A program made the translations under genes and the position numbers. A model generated the notes under the pieces. It searched no databases and had not been told where the DNA came from. It was given only the letters and a program-made list of their open reading frames with translations. A stretch of DNA of 64,000 nucleotides from assembly GCF_006345805.1 (NCBI RefSeq), contig NC_043005.1, positions 96,410,001 to 96,474,000 on the forward strand. Direction: 5' to 3'. Below, one piece after another: positions 23,101 through 36,400 of this stretch. Numbering within the stretch: position 1 is the first letter of the stretch; each line of letters starts with the position of its first letter. The DNA is from Octopus sinensis. Taxonomy: Eukaryota.

Positions 23101-26100
23101 TCCCATTCTGAGCTACTGCACCGTGTCAGTGGCCAAGACTTAATTTTCAACAGTGCATTCTATCTAGATGTAAGGGCAACAAAGTGATTATAGTTAAGTG
23201 TTAGCACTGTAAAACTGTTGAGCATTTTTACATTTGGCTTGCCTAAGCTTAGTTCAGCTCACCACCTTCCATGGGAATAATTCTGGCTATAGATATGTTT
23301 TCACTGACTTGAGATAGAAAAGGCTGAGTAAGCGTGATATGGCATCTATTGTGGGTTTAAGAGGTATAGTTTGCATTGCCTTGAGTTTGTATAAAAAGAA
23401 AAAAGAAAAATGGGATTGACAGACACATTGAGTTGGTTTAATTAGAGGTGTCATCATCATCATCATCATCATTTTTAACTTCCACTTTTCCCTGCTCACA
23501 TTGGCTGGATAGAATTTTGTTGATGTTGATTTCCTACAGCTAGATGCCTTTCCAGTCACTAACCCTTACCTGCTTCCAAGTAAGGTAATATTTCCCCATG
23601 ACCAGCTATGTTTTCACAGAATATTGGACACAAAGGACACTGCATGATAGTGACACTTGTTGACAACTATCACACAATGTCAAAGTAGGGAGACAGTAAC
23701 ACACACACACATTGTATATATACAATGGACTTCTATCAGTTTCCATCTACCAAATCTACCCTGGTTGTCCCAGGGCTTTGGTAGAATAGAAGACACTTTC
23801 CCAAGGTGCCATGCAGTGATACTAAACCTGGCACCATGTGGTTGGGAAGCGAACTTCTTGCCACACAGCCATGCCTGTATCTAGTGTATATTCATTTAAT
23901 CCAGAGATTTTAGCAATTATTGATTATAATTAAGAAGTATGTTTTGGGATAAAGGAAATGTAGAGTGGTTCATATTCTGTATAATTGGTACAAGTTTATT
24001 GACTGTCACTCAGGTGTATAATCAGATATACTGGACATCATCATCATCATCATTTAATGTCTGTTTTCCATGCTGGCATGGGTTGGACAAATGTAAAAAT
24101 GTCTTAAAATTTGTTTGTGGGTAAGTAAAAGGGGTTATCCTGACCAGTTTCAGTCCTTTTTTTAACACTCTTTAAGGACTTTAACCTGTTCTTCCTGTTG
24201 CCAATCCTTACTTATTTCCAAGCAAGATAATAATTGCTCATGATTGGAAGACTGGCACTGAAGGATGCCTTCTATATGATGGTGACATTTGTTGATAGCT
24301 ATTAGGTTGTCCAGAAAGTTCCGAGCATTTTTAAGCTAAATTTTTTAATGCTTCATTGAACACTCCTGAAACATAACACGGGTAAGATTTTGGCGTTGCT
24401 TGAAGTGGTAGCACATCACCTCTTTGTTCCTGACTAAAAATAGATTTATCTTTCATTCCGGTTACCTTTTATTGACATTTGAAATGGAGAACCAAAAATT
24501 TCATATTTGCATTGTAATGCTTTTCTTGTTTTTTTTTAAAAAGGGAAAATGTTGCAAAGACTTGCAAAAACATTTGTGAAGTTTACAGTGATGATGATGC
24601 TGTAGGTGAATCAACTGTTTGAAGGTGGTTTGCGAAATTTCAAGCTGGAGAGTTTAGCTTGGAAGATGACGGTCACAGTGGAAGACCTTCAAAATTGGAG
24701 GAAGATGCTTTGAAGGCAAAAATCAAAGAAACCTCAAATATCATGACAAGAGAAGTCTAAAAGTATGGCTCATGTACACCTAGTGAAGCTAGGATACATT
24801 TCTCACTGTAATGTATGGGTCTCTCATAAACTCTCAGAAAAGAATTGCTTGCACTGGTATTCTGTTTGTGATATGCTTTTGAAACGGAATGAAACCATGC
24901 TTTTTTTGAAACTACTTGTGACTAGAAATGAAAAATGGATTGTGTACGAGAATGTAGTGCAAAAAAGATCCTGGAGTTTGCGTAACGCTCCCCCAAAATA
25001 GCAACAAGAGATGAATGCCCATGCCAAAAAGCTATGCTTTGTGTTTGGTGGGATCATAAAGGCATTATTTATTATGAGCTTCTCCCACAAAACTAGACCA
25101 TTATTCTGATGTTTACTGTTGGCTGCTGGCTAATTTGAACCAAAAAAATCCAAGAATTGAGGCTGGGGATTGCTAACAGAAAAGGGGTAGTGTTCCAACA
25201 AGACAATGCCCTACTACATGTATCTTTGGCTATCTGAATAAAGTTACATGAACTTGGCTGGGACCTCTTACCCCACCCACCATATTCTCCTCATAATGTG
25301 CTGTCTGGCTACCACTTGTTTTTGTCTCTAAAGAACTCATTGCAAAGAAAAACATTTAACAATTTAGATGGAGTCAGAATGCATCTAAATAACGTTTTTT
25401 CTTCAAAACCAAAATTTTATGTTGATGGAATATTTAAATTGCCTGATAGATGGGCAAAGGTTATTAGTAATAATGGAAATTATTTCATTGAATAAAATTT
25501 ATTAAAAGGTCAATTATTTATATACCTTTTAGCATATTAAAAAACGCTCAGAACTTTCTGAACAACCTCATATCACATGTCAAGACGATGTGGCATACAC
25601 ACATTTGCATACATACATGCCTACACATATATGACAGACTTCTTTCCAGTTTCAGTCTTTCAAAACTACTCACAAGTTTTTTGTTGACCTGGGGATATAG
25701 TAGAAGACACTTGTCCAAGGTGTCACACTGTGGGATTGAACTTGAAACCACATGCTTAGGAAGTAAACTTCTCAACCACACAACGCATGTTTGCATGTTT
25801 GATAATTTTAAAACAGTTGCACAACGCTACCAACCAATTCCATTAAGGTTAGAGAATTAGTAGAAATTAATAAGTTTGATTGTTGTAACATTTCATGGAT
25901 CTGGTTTTCAATGGAAGGCAGAGAAAGATGAATGTGCTGTTTAGGCTGGCAGTGAAGGGGAGTGAAGGAGAAGGGCCAAAGAGAGGTGGTATGAGGATGA
26001 GAATATGGAAGTGGCAAGGAAAAAGGGAATGAATTAGAGGTAATAAACAAGAGGAGGACAATGACCAAGTTCTAAAAATAGAGTTGTGATTGATGTAATT

Positions 26101-29100
26101 ATATGGTGAATGTAAGGTGATTGGTGTAATTATAAGGTGATTGGTGTAATTATAAGGTGAATTGGTGTAATTATAAGGTGAGTGGTGTAATTATAAGGTG
26201 AATTGGTGTAATTATAAGGTGATTGGTGTAATTATAAGGTGATTAGTGTAATTATAAGGTGAACGAAGAGACAGTGTTAAAATATGTTCACTGCTGTAGA
26301 GGCATACACACTTAACAGACTCCCTGATGTGCATATATATACAGCATGTACTCACAAACAATTGTAGAGTCAAAGTCACAACCAAGTGTGTTAGAGTATA
26401 GAAACCTGAAATAGACAGTCCGAAAAATAACAAAAATTGAAGAAATAAATGGTTGTGGGATTTGAGAAGTGAATGGGGCAAGAATCAGAAGTTGAGCTAG
26501 ATTATGATATCATGTGGAGCGGAGGTTCTCAGGTTGAAATATGGAAATATGCACCTTAAGTTGGTAGGTCTCTCTCTCTCTAACACCTATTTCTTTATTG
26601 CCCACAAGGGGCTAAACATAAAGGGGACAAACAAGGACAGACATAGGTATTAAGTTGATTACATCGATCCCAGTGCGTAACTGGTACTTAATTTATCGAC
26701 CCCGAAAGGACGAAAGGCTAAGTCGACCTCGGCAGAATTTGAACTCAGAACGTAACGGTAGACAAAATGCCTATTTCTTTACTACCTACAAGAGGCTAAA
26801 CACAGAGGGGACAAACAAGGACAGACAAACGTATTAAGTCGATTACATTGACCCCAATTGCATCACTGGTACTTAATTTATTGACCCCGAATGGATGAAA
26901 GGCAAAGTCAACCTTGGCGGAATTTGAACTCAGAACGTAACGGCAGACGAAATACCGTTAAGCATTTTGCCCGATGTGCTAACGATTCTGCCAGCTCGTC
27001 GCCTTAACACCATGACATTGGAGTACAGATACTGATTAATTATCATGGAAGAGCTGAGGCGAGCTGAAGTAACGAGTTATGAATTTAAGGATTTACAAAC
27101 CATTATTAAAGTATCAACCATCTCTCAAATAAAAATATAAATTGAAGTTATATCAAAGGTATGGTTTTGAAGCATATACTTTGGATCTGTTGTTAAGACA
27201 TCACAAGTCACATCTACAAAGAAAATTATCCTATGAATCTAATTTTCAGCAAAAATTTTTATATAGGCATAGGAGTGGCTGTGTGGTAAGTAGTTTGCTT
27301 ACGAACAACATGGTTCCGTGTTCAGTCCCACTGCTTGACACCTTGCGCTAGTGCCTTCTACTATAGCCTCGGGCCGACCAAAGCCTTGTGAGTGGATTTG
27401 GTAGACGGAAACTGAAAGAAGCCCGTCGTATATATGTATGTTTGTGTGTCTGTGTTTGTCACCCCAGCATCGCTTGAAAATCGATGCTGGTGTGTTTACT
27501 TCCCCGTAACTTAGCGGTTCGGCAAAAGAGACTGATAGAATAAGTACTTGGCTTACAAAGAATAAGTCCTGGGTGTCGATTTGCTCGACTAAAGGCGGTG
27601 CTCCAGCATGGCCAGTCAAATGACTGAAACAAGTAAAAAGAGTATATAATGAAAAAAAATTTTTTTTTTGCATAAGAAACTAAAAAAAATAGCTAAGGCA
27701 TTTCAAGGGAAAAGTATTTTGTGTATGAAAGAAAAATATGTATTGCCAATTAGAATTTTCATCTATACATATTCCTTCATATTTCTGTTGTAGATCACCA
27801 AAAACTGCTCCTGTGCAGGATAAACCACCATCAGCAGTTTCTTATGATACCGTTGATGCACCTATTGGGCTTAACAAAATTAAAGATACTGTTATTTCAT
27901 CAATGTTAAAAAGACCTCACAAGAGACGCTATGGTATGGGTCTCTTGGGTTCCATGCTGCACCAAAGAGTAAAAACTCGCTTACCAGCTGATGTCAAGAG
28001 TCAACTTGATGAGTTAGATAATTACAGGTAAGTAAAAGAAAAAATAAAATAAAAAATATGTTGTTTGTTAGTGGTCTCCACCATTGAACAAGATTGTTAT
28101 ATATGTTTATACTTCAATAACATCATGTTATAATCTATCAGATTATTCTGTTTGTCAGATATTTGTATGTTTGAGTATTATGCTTTCAACCATCTTAATC
28201 ATGAAAATCATTGTTTAACGTCCACTTTTTCATGGTTGCTTGGGTCTGATGGAATTTGTTGAAGCAAATTTTCAGTGGCTGGATGTCTTTCTGTCACCAA
28301 CCTTACTTATTTCCAAGTACGGTAATATTCTCCATGATCAGACATGTTTTCATGGAAGTTTGGAAACAAAAGATACCACTTGTATGATAGTGATGTGTGT
28401 TTACAACTATCACATGAAGTCAAGGCAAGGAGACAATAACACACACACACACACAAATAACAACAGATGGATTGTAGTTCACTACAGCTTTTTCAGGTGT
28501 GTCTTCTATTGATGTTACATCATGCAAAAAGAAAAATCCATTCCATTTTCATCAAGTGGCTTCATGTAAGAATTAGACATTTTGAACATCTCAATAACAA
28601 GTAAAAAGTCCCATTTTGACTGCTGACCAAAATTCAGTCAGAGAATTGTGATTGTATGTATAACTGGGGTATAAAATCCATGTTTATTTTAGCAAGTATG
28701 TATTTGTCTTCAAGTATTTCTACATGATAGCAATATCACTGATCTGACCTTGGGGATTTACTATTTAAGTACCTGTTACACTTAAACTCTGAAATTTTTT
28801 TTCTCACAAACACACACACACACACTCTCTCTCTCTTTCCCTCTCTCTATGTGGAAGACATGGGACGAAGTATTGAAGGCCAATCTCAAAACGGCAAACC
28901 TCATGAAGGAGATGACAGAGGACCGAGCTATGTGGCACATTGCTCCACTTGAGGAAATCCATCCACCACAACAGAGTTGAGATCCTAAACCCAAGGTGCC
29001 ACATTAAAAGCTTCCAATGCACTCTGTAAAATGGTTGGCATTAGGAAGAGCATCTAGCCATAGAAACTGAGCCAAAACAGTCTTTGGAATCTTGTGTGAC

Positions 29101-32100
29101 CCATTCCTTGCCAGTTCCTGTCAAGCTGTCCAATACATCCAGCATGGAAAATGGATGTTAAATGTTGTTGTTGATCTATATATCTACATATATAAACACA
29201 CACACACACACACACATCATCCATGTGGACACATTTCTTTCCTATGACATTACAATCTTCTTTCACACACTGTCTTGCAATCCGAAATACTTCAGTTCTT
29301 TGGTCCTCAGGTCACTGGACATTGGCAAACTTCTTCTTTTCTGCTTCTTCCTTGGTTATATATACCTGTCTCCTAGCTTCCCTTCTGGCTATCTGATACA
29401 GTTTCCTGCTACCCCCACTCTTCCAGTTCTTCCAGGCTTGCTTCTTTGCTCTAATGGCCCTGTATAGTCAACTGCTACAATAGAAAAGGGGATGCTGTAG
29501 ATAGAAATGACTAAAGAGGCACCAAATTGCTAGATCAGGTGATGAAAGTTACAGAGAGGGTCATAGCCCAACTAATTAGGAAAAGAGTTAGCTAAGATGA
29601 GATGCAGTTTGGGTTTGTGCCAGGTAGAAGCACCATTGATGCTATATTTCTGGTAAGGCAACTGCAGGAGAAATACCTAGCCAAAGATAAACCTCTGTAC
29701 TTGGCTTTTGTTGACGTGGAGAAAGCCTTTGACAGGGTGCCTCGATCCCTTATCTGGTGCTCAATGTGGAAACTAGGGATAGATGAGTGATTGGTAAGAG
29801 CTGTACAAACCCTGTACAAGGATGCTGTCAGTAAAGTGAGGGCTGGCAATGAGTATAGTGAAGAATTCCGGGTAGAAGTAGCAGTCCTCAGCCCTCTCTT
29901 ATTCATCATGGCCCTCCAGGCAATAATAGAGGAATTCAAAACAGGCTGCCCCTGGGAGCTCCTCTATGCTGATGACCTTGCTCTAATAGCTGAGTCGCTA
30001 TCAGAATTAGAGATGACGTTTCAGATGTGGAAGTAAGGTCTAGAATTGAAGGGCTTCAGAGTCAACCTAGCGAAAACCAATGTCCTAGTAAGTAGGAAGG
30101 CAGACAAATCACAAACCCCTTCAGGTAGATGGCCCTGCTTGATCTTTAGAAAAGGTGAAGGTAGAAACTCCATAAGATGTACCTGGTGTAAGCTATGGAC
30201 ACATAAGAGGTACAGCAACATCAAAGGAAGGTTAACTGGGAAGATAGTTTTTGTGCACAGGGACAATAAACACTGAAGATGTATTATTATATCATTTCTG
30301 TACTTACTACTAGAACTTATCTGTTGCGATGACAAGGGTTCCAGTTGATCCAATTAACAACAGAACATCCTGCTTGTGAAATTAATGTGCAAGTGGTTGA
30401 GCACTCCATAGAGACCCTTAACATAGTTCTTAGGGACATTTAGCATGACACAAAATGTGACAGGGTCAACTCATTGAATTACAGGTACTTCTCATTTTTG
30501 CCAGCTGCGTGGACTAGAGTAATGTGAAATAAAGTGTCTTGCTCAAGGATACAATGTGCTGCTGGGAATCGAACTCATGACCTTACAATTGTGAACTGAA
30601 TACCCTGACCACTAAGCCACATGCTTTCACATTTCTGTATTTAATATTTTTCTGTATGTATATTATTATCAAGATGTGTAAGTTGTTAATACAACTTTGG
30701 GCTGCAAAGGAAATGTTATAACACATTGAAGATAAATTTTAATGTATGGTTGTGTGGTTAAGAAATTTGCTTTCAAACTACATGGTTTCAGGTTTGACTC
30801 CACAGCGCAACACCTTGGGTTGGGCAAGTCACTGGTCTTCTACTACAGCTTTGAGTTAACCAGTTCCTTGTGCATAAGGTTTGGTAAAACGTTTCTGTTC
30901 TTATGTGGTAAACTTTAATCTGTCATCTGGTTTGGCACCACCGTCAGGCTCTTGAGTGCTTTTAGCAGAGGTTCACTCTGTCACAAGCATTCAGGCCAAG
31001 TGTCTAGTCTTAGGAGAACTTCCTACCACCAATCCTGTTGGCCCTGAAAAGAGCCAAAGAACCTTTGACTAAACCATTAAAAAAAGCAAACAAAACAAAA
31101 CAAAAAAAAACACCCACCATACTTAGCTCTGCTGTATTCTTATACAATAAGACATCTTATTTATTTTCTTTGTTCAGGCCTTATTTCACATACTGGGTCA
31201 CCTTTGTACAGATTATTGTCTTCCTGGTCTCTATTTCTGTTTATGGTCCTGCTCCTTTTGGATTTATGGAATATGCTAAATCAAAACCTGTGAGTATCTT
31301 ACATGTCAATCTAGAAAAACAAGTGAACAAAAAAAAAAGCCAAACTTTCTTTTGATAGTTTAGAATTTTTTTTGTTATTTATTTTAAAGTATGGTACTTA
31401 GTTATCATTGTCACCTTGCTTATATTTTGGTTCAAGTTTTCATGATGGTAAGAGTTGAGTGCATTTAAATTATAGATTCTTTTCAAAGGTCTCAGATCCT
31501 GCATCATATTGTATGAGGTTTTGACTTGGAAGTTGGAACTGGATGGTCTTTCTGTTGACCACTGGCTTCATAATATTATTACAAGTTAATACTTGTGACA
31601 TTAATTTATTTTATTAATTATAGAGCATGTTTATTAATAAGAATAACAAAGCTTTTTTTTTTTTGCTGTAAAGTTTACTATAAATTTGTATGTGTGTGTG
31701 TTTGTGTGCATGTGTATTACATGCTTATTTTCAAAAACGGAAAAAGAGCAAAAATCACACATAATACACATTTATGTATTATATAAAAGGAAAATAAATT
31801 AAGAGGAATAATTCAGGAGCACCAATTATTCAACTTTTGGATAAAATTAAGGCAGGTGTACTGAATGTTTTGAAATTTCCCTCTGGATTAGAGCAGAGAT
31901 TCTCAAGAAGGATGAGAGATCATTTCAAGAAATTAAGAACACATTCACCAATGAAGGAAATGACAAAGGACTGAGATGATTGATGATTCACTGTGCATGA
32001 AAAGAGCTATCTATCACAAGAATAACGATGTCCTAAATGCAATCTATGGAAGCTTGTAACCCATTCTAAGACCATGTCAAGCATTTCCTTGTACTTCATT

Positions 32101-33381
32101 CTCCTAACACTTAGCCTCCTTCTCCATATTATATCTCTATGGCACTACTCAGTGGCAATAATTGCTTATGTTTGAAGGCGGCAAGCTGGCAGAATTGTTA
32201 GCACGCCGGACGAAATGCTTAGCGGTATTTCGTCTGCCGTTACGTTCTGAGTTCAAATTCCGCCGAGGTTGACTTTGCCTTTCATCCTTTCGGGGTCGAT
32301 AAATTAAGTACCAGTTACGCACTGGGGTCGATGTAATCGACTTAATCCGTTTGTCTGTCCTTATTTGTCCCCTCTGTGTTTAGCCCCTTGTGGGTAGTAA
32401 AGAAATTAATAATTGCTTGAGTACAGAATCAGCGCAGATTACTCCCTCCTCTCACTTTCTGTGCACTGAGACTTACCTCCTCCTCCTCTTGAATCTTTAC
32501 TTATTCTCATTATCTTCCTTTCCTTTTCCCATGCTATTCTGGCCTCCTAGCCTTCAGATATCCATCTCCTCCACCATACTCCATCTTATCACCTCATATG
32601 CCTGCTATCATTCTCAATACCCTCTCATATCCACCATCATTAAACACACATTCATGTACCTACTTATCTTCCTCTCCATCACTCCTTCACCTTGCACATC
32701 CTCCTCTTCCCTTATGGTCTATCCTCCAACTGGTGTCTTCCTCAGATTCTCCCTCTCTATTCTCATATTTCCTAGCAATCACACTTTCACCTTTGCTTAT
32801 TATTCACCACATTCACCTCTACTCTCATCTCTAACCATCTTCTAATCTCCCCTCACATTCTTATGAAACTACCTACCATTTCTTCTTCTTGATCCATTTA
32901 CCATATTCTTTCTTATGCTCACCTTTTTGTACTTTCAAAGTTTGCTCTGGCACTTTGTCACTACCATTTTTATCTTCTTCATCTTCTTCCCAGTTTCTAC
33001 TACCAACCTTATATAATGTTGGGTAGCCATGTACTTCCTCTATGGCAAGATACCTGTGCTTGTCTCTCTACTGTACATTAGCCTCTCAGCATCTGGCAAA
33101 AAGCTACCTTCTCTAATACCTGACACTTAATCATGGGGGCTTTTCTCTCTTCTGTTCTTTTTCTGTTTTGCAAACTACTTGGTGACTTTTACATGCCAGA
33201 GGCATGTAAGCAGTACCCAGTACACTCTATATGATGGTTGGTGTTGGGAAAGGCATCCAATAACAGAAAACCCATCAAAGCTAATGCTGGAGCTTGGCAC
33301 CCCTCCCCCCTGTGGATTACCAGGTCCTATTAAACCATTCAACCCATGCCAGCATAGAAAACTGATGCTAAGTGACGATGA

Positions 33382-33450
<69 letters not shown>

Positions 33451-36400
33451 TTCATGAAAAAAACAAAAGACGAAGACAGGTGGCTTACAAAACAAACAGA
33501 TGTATTAGTATAACGCTCGGGAATTGAAAAAGTCTTACGTTTCGAGCTTACGCTCTTCCACAGAAAGGAACACAGGAATAAACAAGGAGAGAATAAAAAA
33601 GTGTGTAGTGGTTACCGAATTTATTTATGTATGTATGTTGTGTGTATGTATGTGATTGTTGTAAATGAATGTCGTTTGTTATTTTGCAAAAGTATGTCTG
33701 TCTATGGAGAAATATTACCTTCCTTTGAAACATGTAAGGACTGGCAATGGGAAGGTCAACCATCCGTATAAAATCTGTGTCAGTAAACTCTGTCCAACTC
33801 ATGCAAGAAAAGGAAAATGATGATGATGATGGTGATAAAGTGTTCTGGTACTGAAGGCAGAAAAAAAAACACATTTCACAATATTCTTTCCCTGGACTAC
33901 AGAGAGTAGTATTTGATACATTGGTTGTTGTTTTTAATGTACGAGGGAACACTGAAAAGTTCCTGGCTTTAAGAGTAAGGCTTGGTTGGAGGCCCAATCT
34001 TCCAAGTTCTTTTGCAGGGTTTAGGAAAACTGAAGAACTGCTGCAATAACTGTGTGAATCTGAAAGGGGAATATGTTGAATAGAATCCTAATTAACTGAT
34101 CCTCCTGTATTTCCTTTTATCCAAAGCCAGGAACTTTTCAGCACCTCTTTGTAATCTGTCTAGAAAGTTTTTGACTAATTAATTTGGTCCACATTTTATA
34201 TTGATGAGTATTTATTTCTTTGTTAAACTAAAAGGTGTAAATATTCATTTCTAGCTTTTTTCTTTTGTTGTTACTTCAGGTTCTGATGCCAAGCCTAGCA
34301 ATTGAATATAAGGAATACCGAGATGTTGCTAATATGTGGTTTGGTCCTCGTCAGGTAACATACAAAGTATTATTAATGTATTGTTGTTTGACCCTTTTAT
34401 TATCATATTTCTGTTGATATTCACTGATTTTTGTTTCAATTAATTATGAAATCCTTTGCATCAAATGGCAGAATCATGTCCCCAACAAAGATGTCCTCAA
34501 GCAAGCAGGAATACCAAGCTTGTTTGCACTCCTCACACAAAGACGAATGAGATGGCTTGGACATGTTAGCCGTATGAAAGATGGCAGAATCCCCAAGGAC
34601 ATACTCTACGGAGAGCTTGCTAGGGGTACTAGGTCTGTGGGTAGACCGATCTTACGTTACAAGGATGTTTGCAAAAGGGACATGAAGGCCTGCAACATCA
34701 ATATTAGCGGTTGGGAGGCAGTTGCCGGCAACCGTGGAGATTGGCGACGTACCGTAAAAGAGGGAATACAAAGGAGTGACAGAGAGAGAGAGGAGAAATG
34801 GAAAGACAAGAAAAGACGTCAACGAGAAACTATGGCATTACAACCAGCCAGGAACAGTCTTCGCTACATTAGCGGTACCTGCCAGAGGGAGTGTTTGTCC
34901 AGGATAGGACTACACAGCCACAGCAGGAAATGTATCAGGACATGAAATGTAAAAGCCAGACTAGATTATTTTATGTGCAACTCCATTGTCTCCCGAGACA
35001 AAAAGGATGCCTACAACAATTATGAAAATAATGATGAATTTAATAATACAACTTCGTCATTATTAAGCTGATGTTCTGGACTTAAATTAACCTAAAATTT
35101 TGTATGGATGGTTTTAATTTAGATAATCTTAAACAAGAAAATTGTATCGTAGAACCAGAGGCAGTCTCAGGCGGGTTGTTATAAAAAGGGTTAAGGAAAA
35201 TGTGTTGAAAGAACAAGTTAGACAATGACCGAGAGCAGCTAGCCAAACTAGGGGCCTAGGCAACAGTAGAACCGCAATGATCCATAGTAGAGGATAGTAT
35301 TGGTGATGGAGATGATAAGATCCGCAGAAGTGAATAGATAGCAGTGAAAGAGCAATGATCTACAGTAGAAGGAAGTCAGTTGTGGGGGGACAGAATCCAC
35401 AATAGGAGAAAGACCATTATGGTTGATCAACAGTGATCAGTATTAGAGGATAAACAGTGGTGGTGGGGGCACTGTTCTGTACTAGTGGCTGACAGTATCC
35501 TGTTTAATGCCTTGTGGTATTGATTTTCTTTCCCATTCCTCAATAATCAGGGAAAATGAATCCAATTGTGTATGTTTAAGTAATTATTTAAGTATTTAAT
35601 ATGCCAGATATAAATGTCATATACAGTTTCATTATATTCAAATGCAATGAAACTGAAGTGCAACAAAAGGTTGAATGATTTTAGAAATAATGGTTTCAAA
35701 TTTTGGTACAAGGTCAGCTGTTTCAAGAAAGTGGGCAAGCTGATTATATTGACCCCAACGCTCAACTGGTGCTTCTTTTACCAACCCCTTGCAGTGATGT
35801 CAGTATGTGACAACCTACAATTTTACAATTGCATGCGAAAAAGAGGGGTCACCATCTTGTATGTAAAACGACAAGAAAAATAAGAACTTGTGAGATGTTC
35901 AAAATAAGTCATAACGTATTTATTGCTGGATGCAATGTGTTAACAAATAAGAATAGTTTGAAAGAAAAGGCTTGTAACATATTACATGAACATACTTTGC
36001 TACCATATGTCTCAAAGCAAATGAGGCGAATATGTGTACGTGCGGGTGTGTGTGTGTGAATGGCATGGCTCAATGTGTACACCTAGGAACTGTTAGGCAA
36101 AAGGAGTGTGAAATTAGAATTGCGTAGTAAGAGATGAATGAGAAATCTCTGACTTCCATGTCATCTGGAAATTAATTGAAAACTTCTAGAATATCTGAGG
36201 ATTTTTGAGACGGTCGAGGGAGATTACTCTTGTTAGATCCCTTTTTCGTTTTATTTTCCTGCTTGACCACCAAGGGTCACTTACACCCTGAAAGGATGAA
36301 AGTAAAGTTGACCTTGGCAGAATTTGAACTTTGGATGCAAAGGCAGATGAAATGCTGAGAAGCATTTTGCCTGGGATGGTAATTTTTCTTCCAGCTCACC

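Noticed and set aside
32390-33170. 151-aa hydrophobic ORF and CT-rich tract (similar tracts at 25800-26070 and 44440-44860)
   Set aside because: Pyrimidine-rich decayed repeat; no splice-phase fit to iRhom and no recognisable domain.
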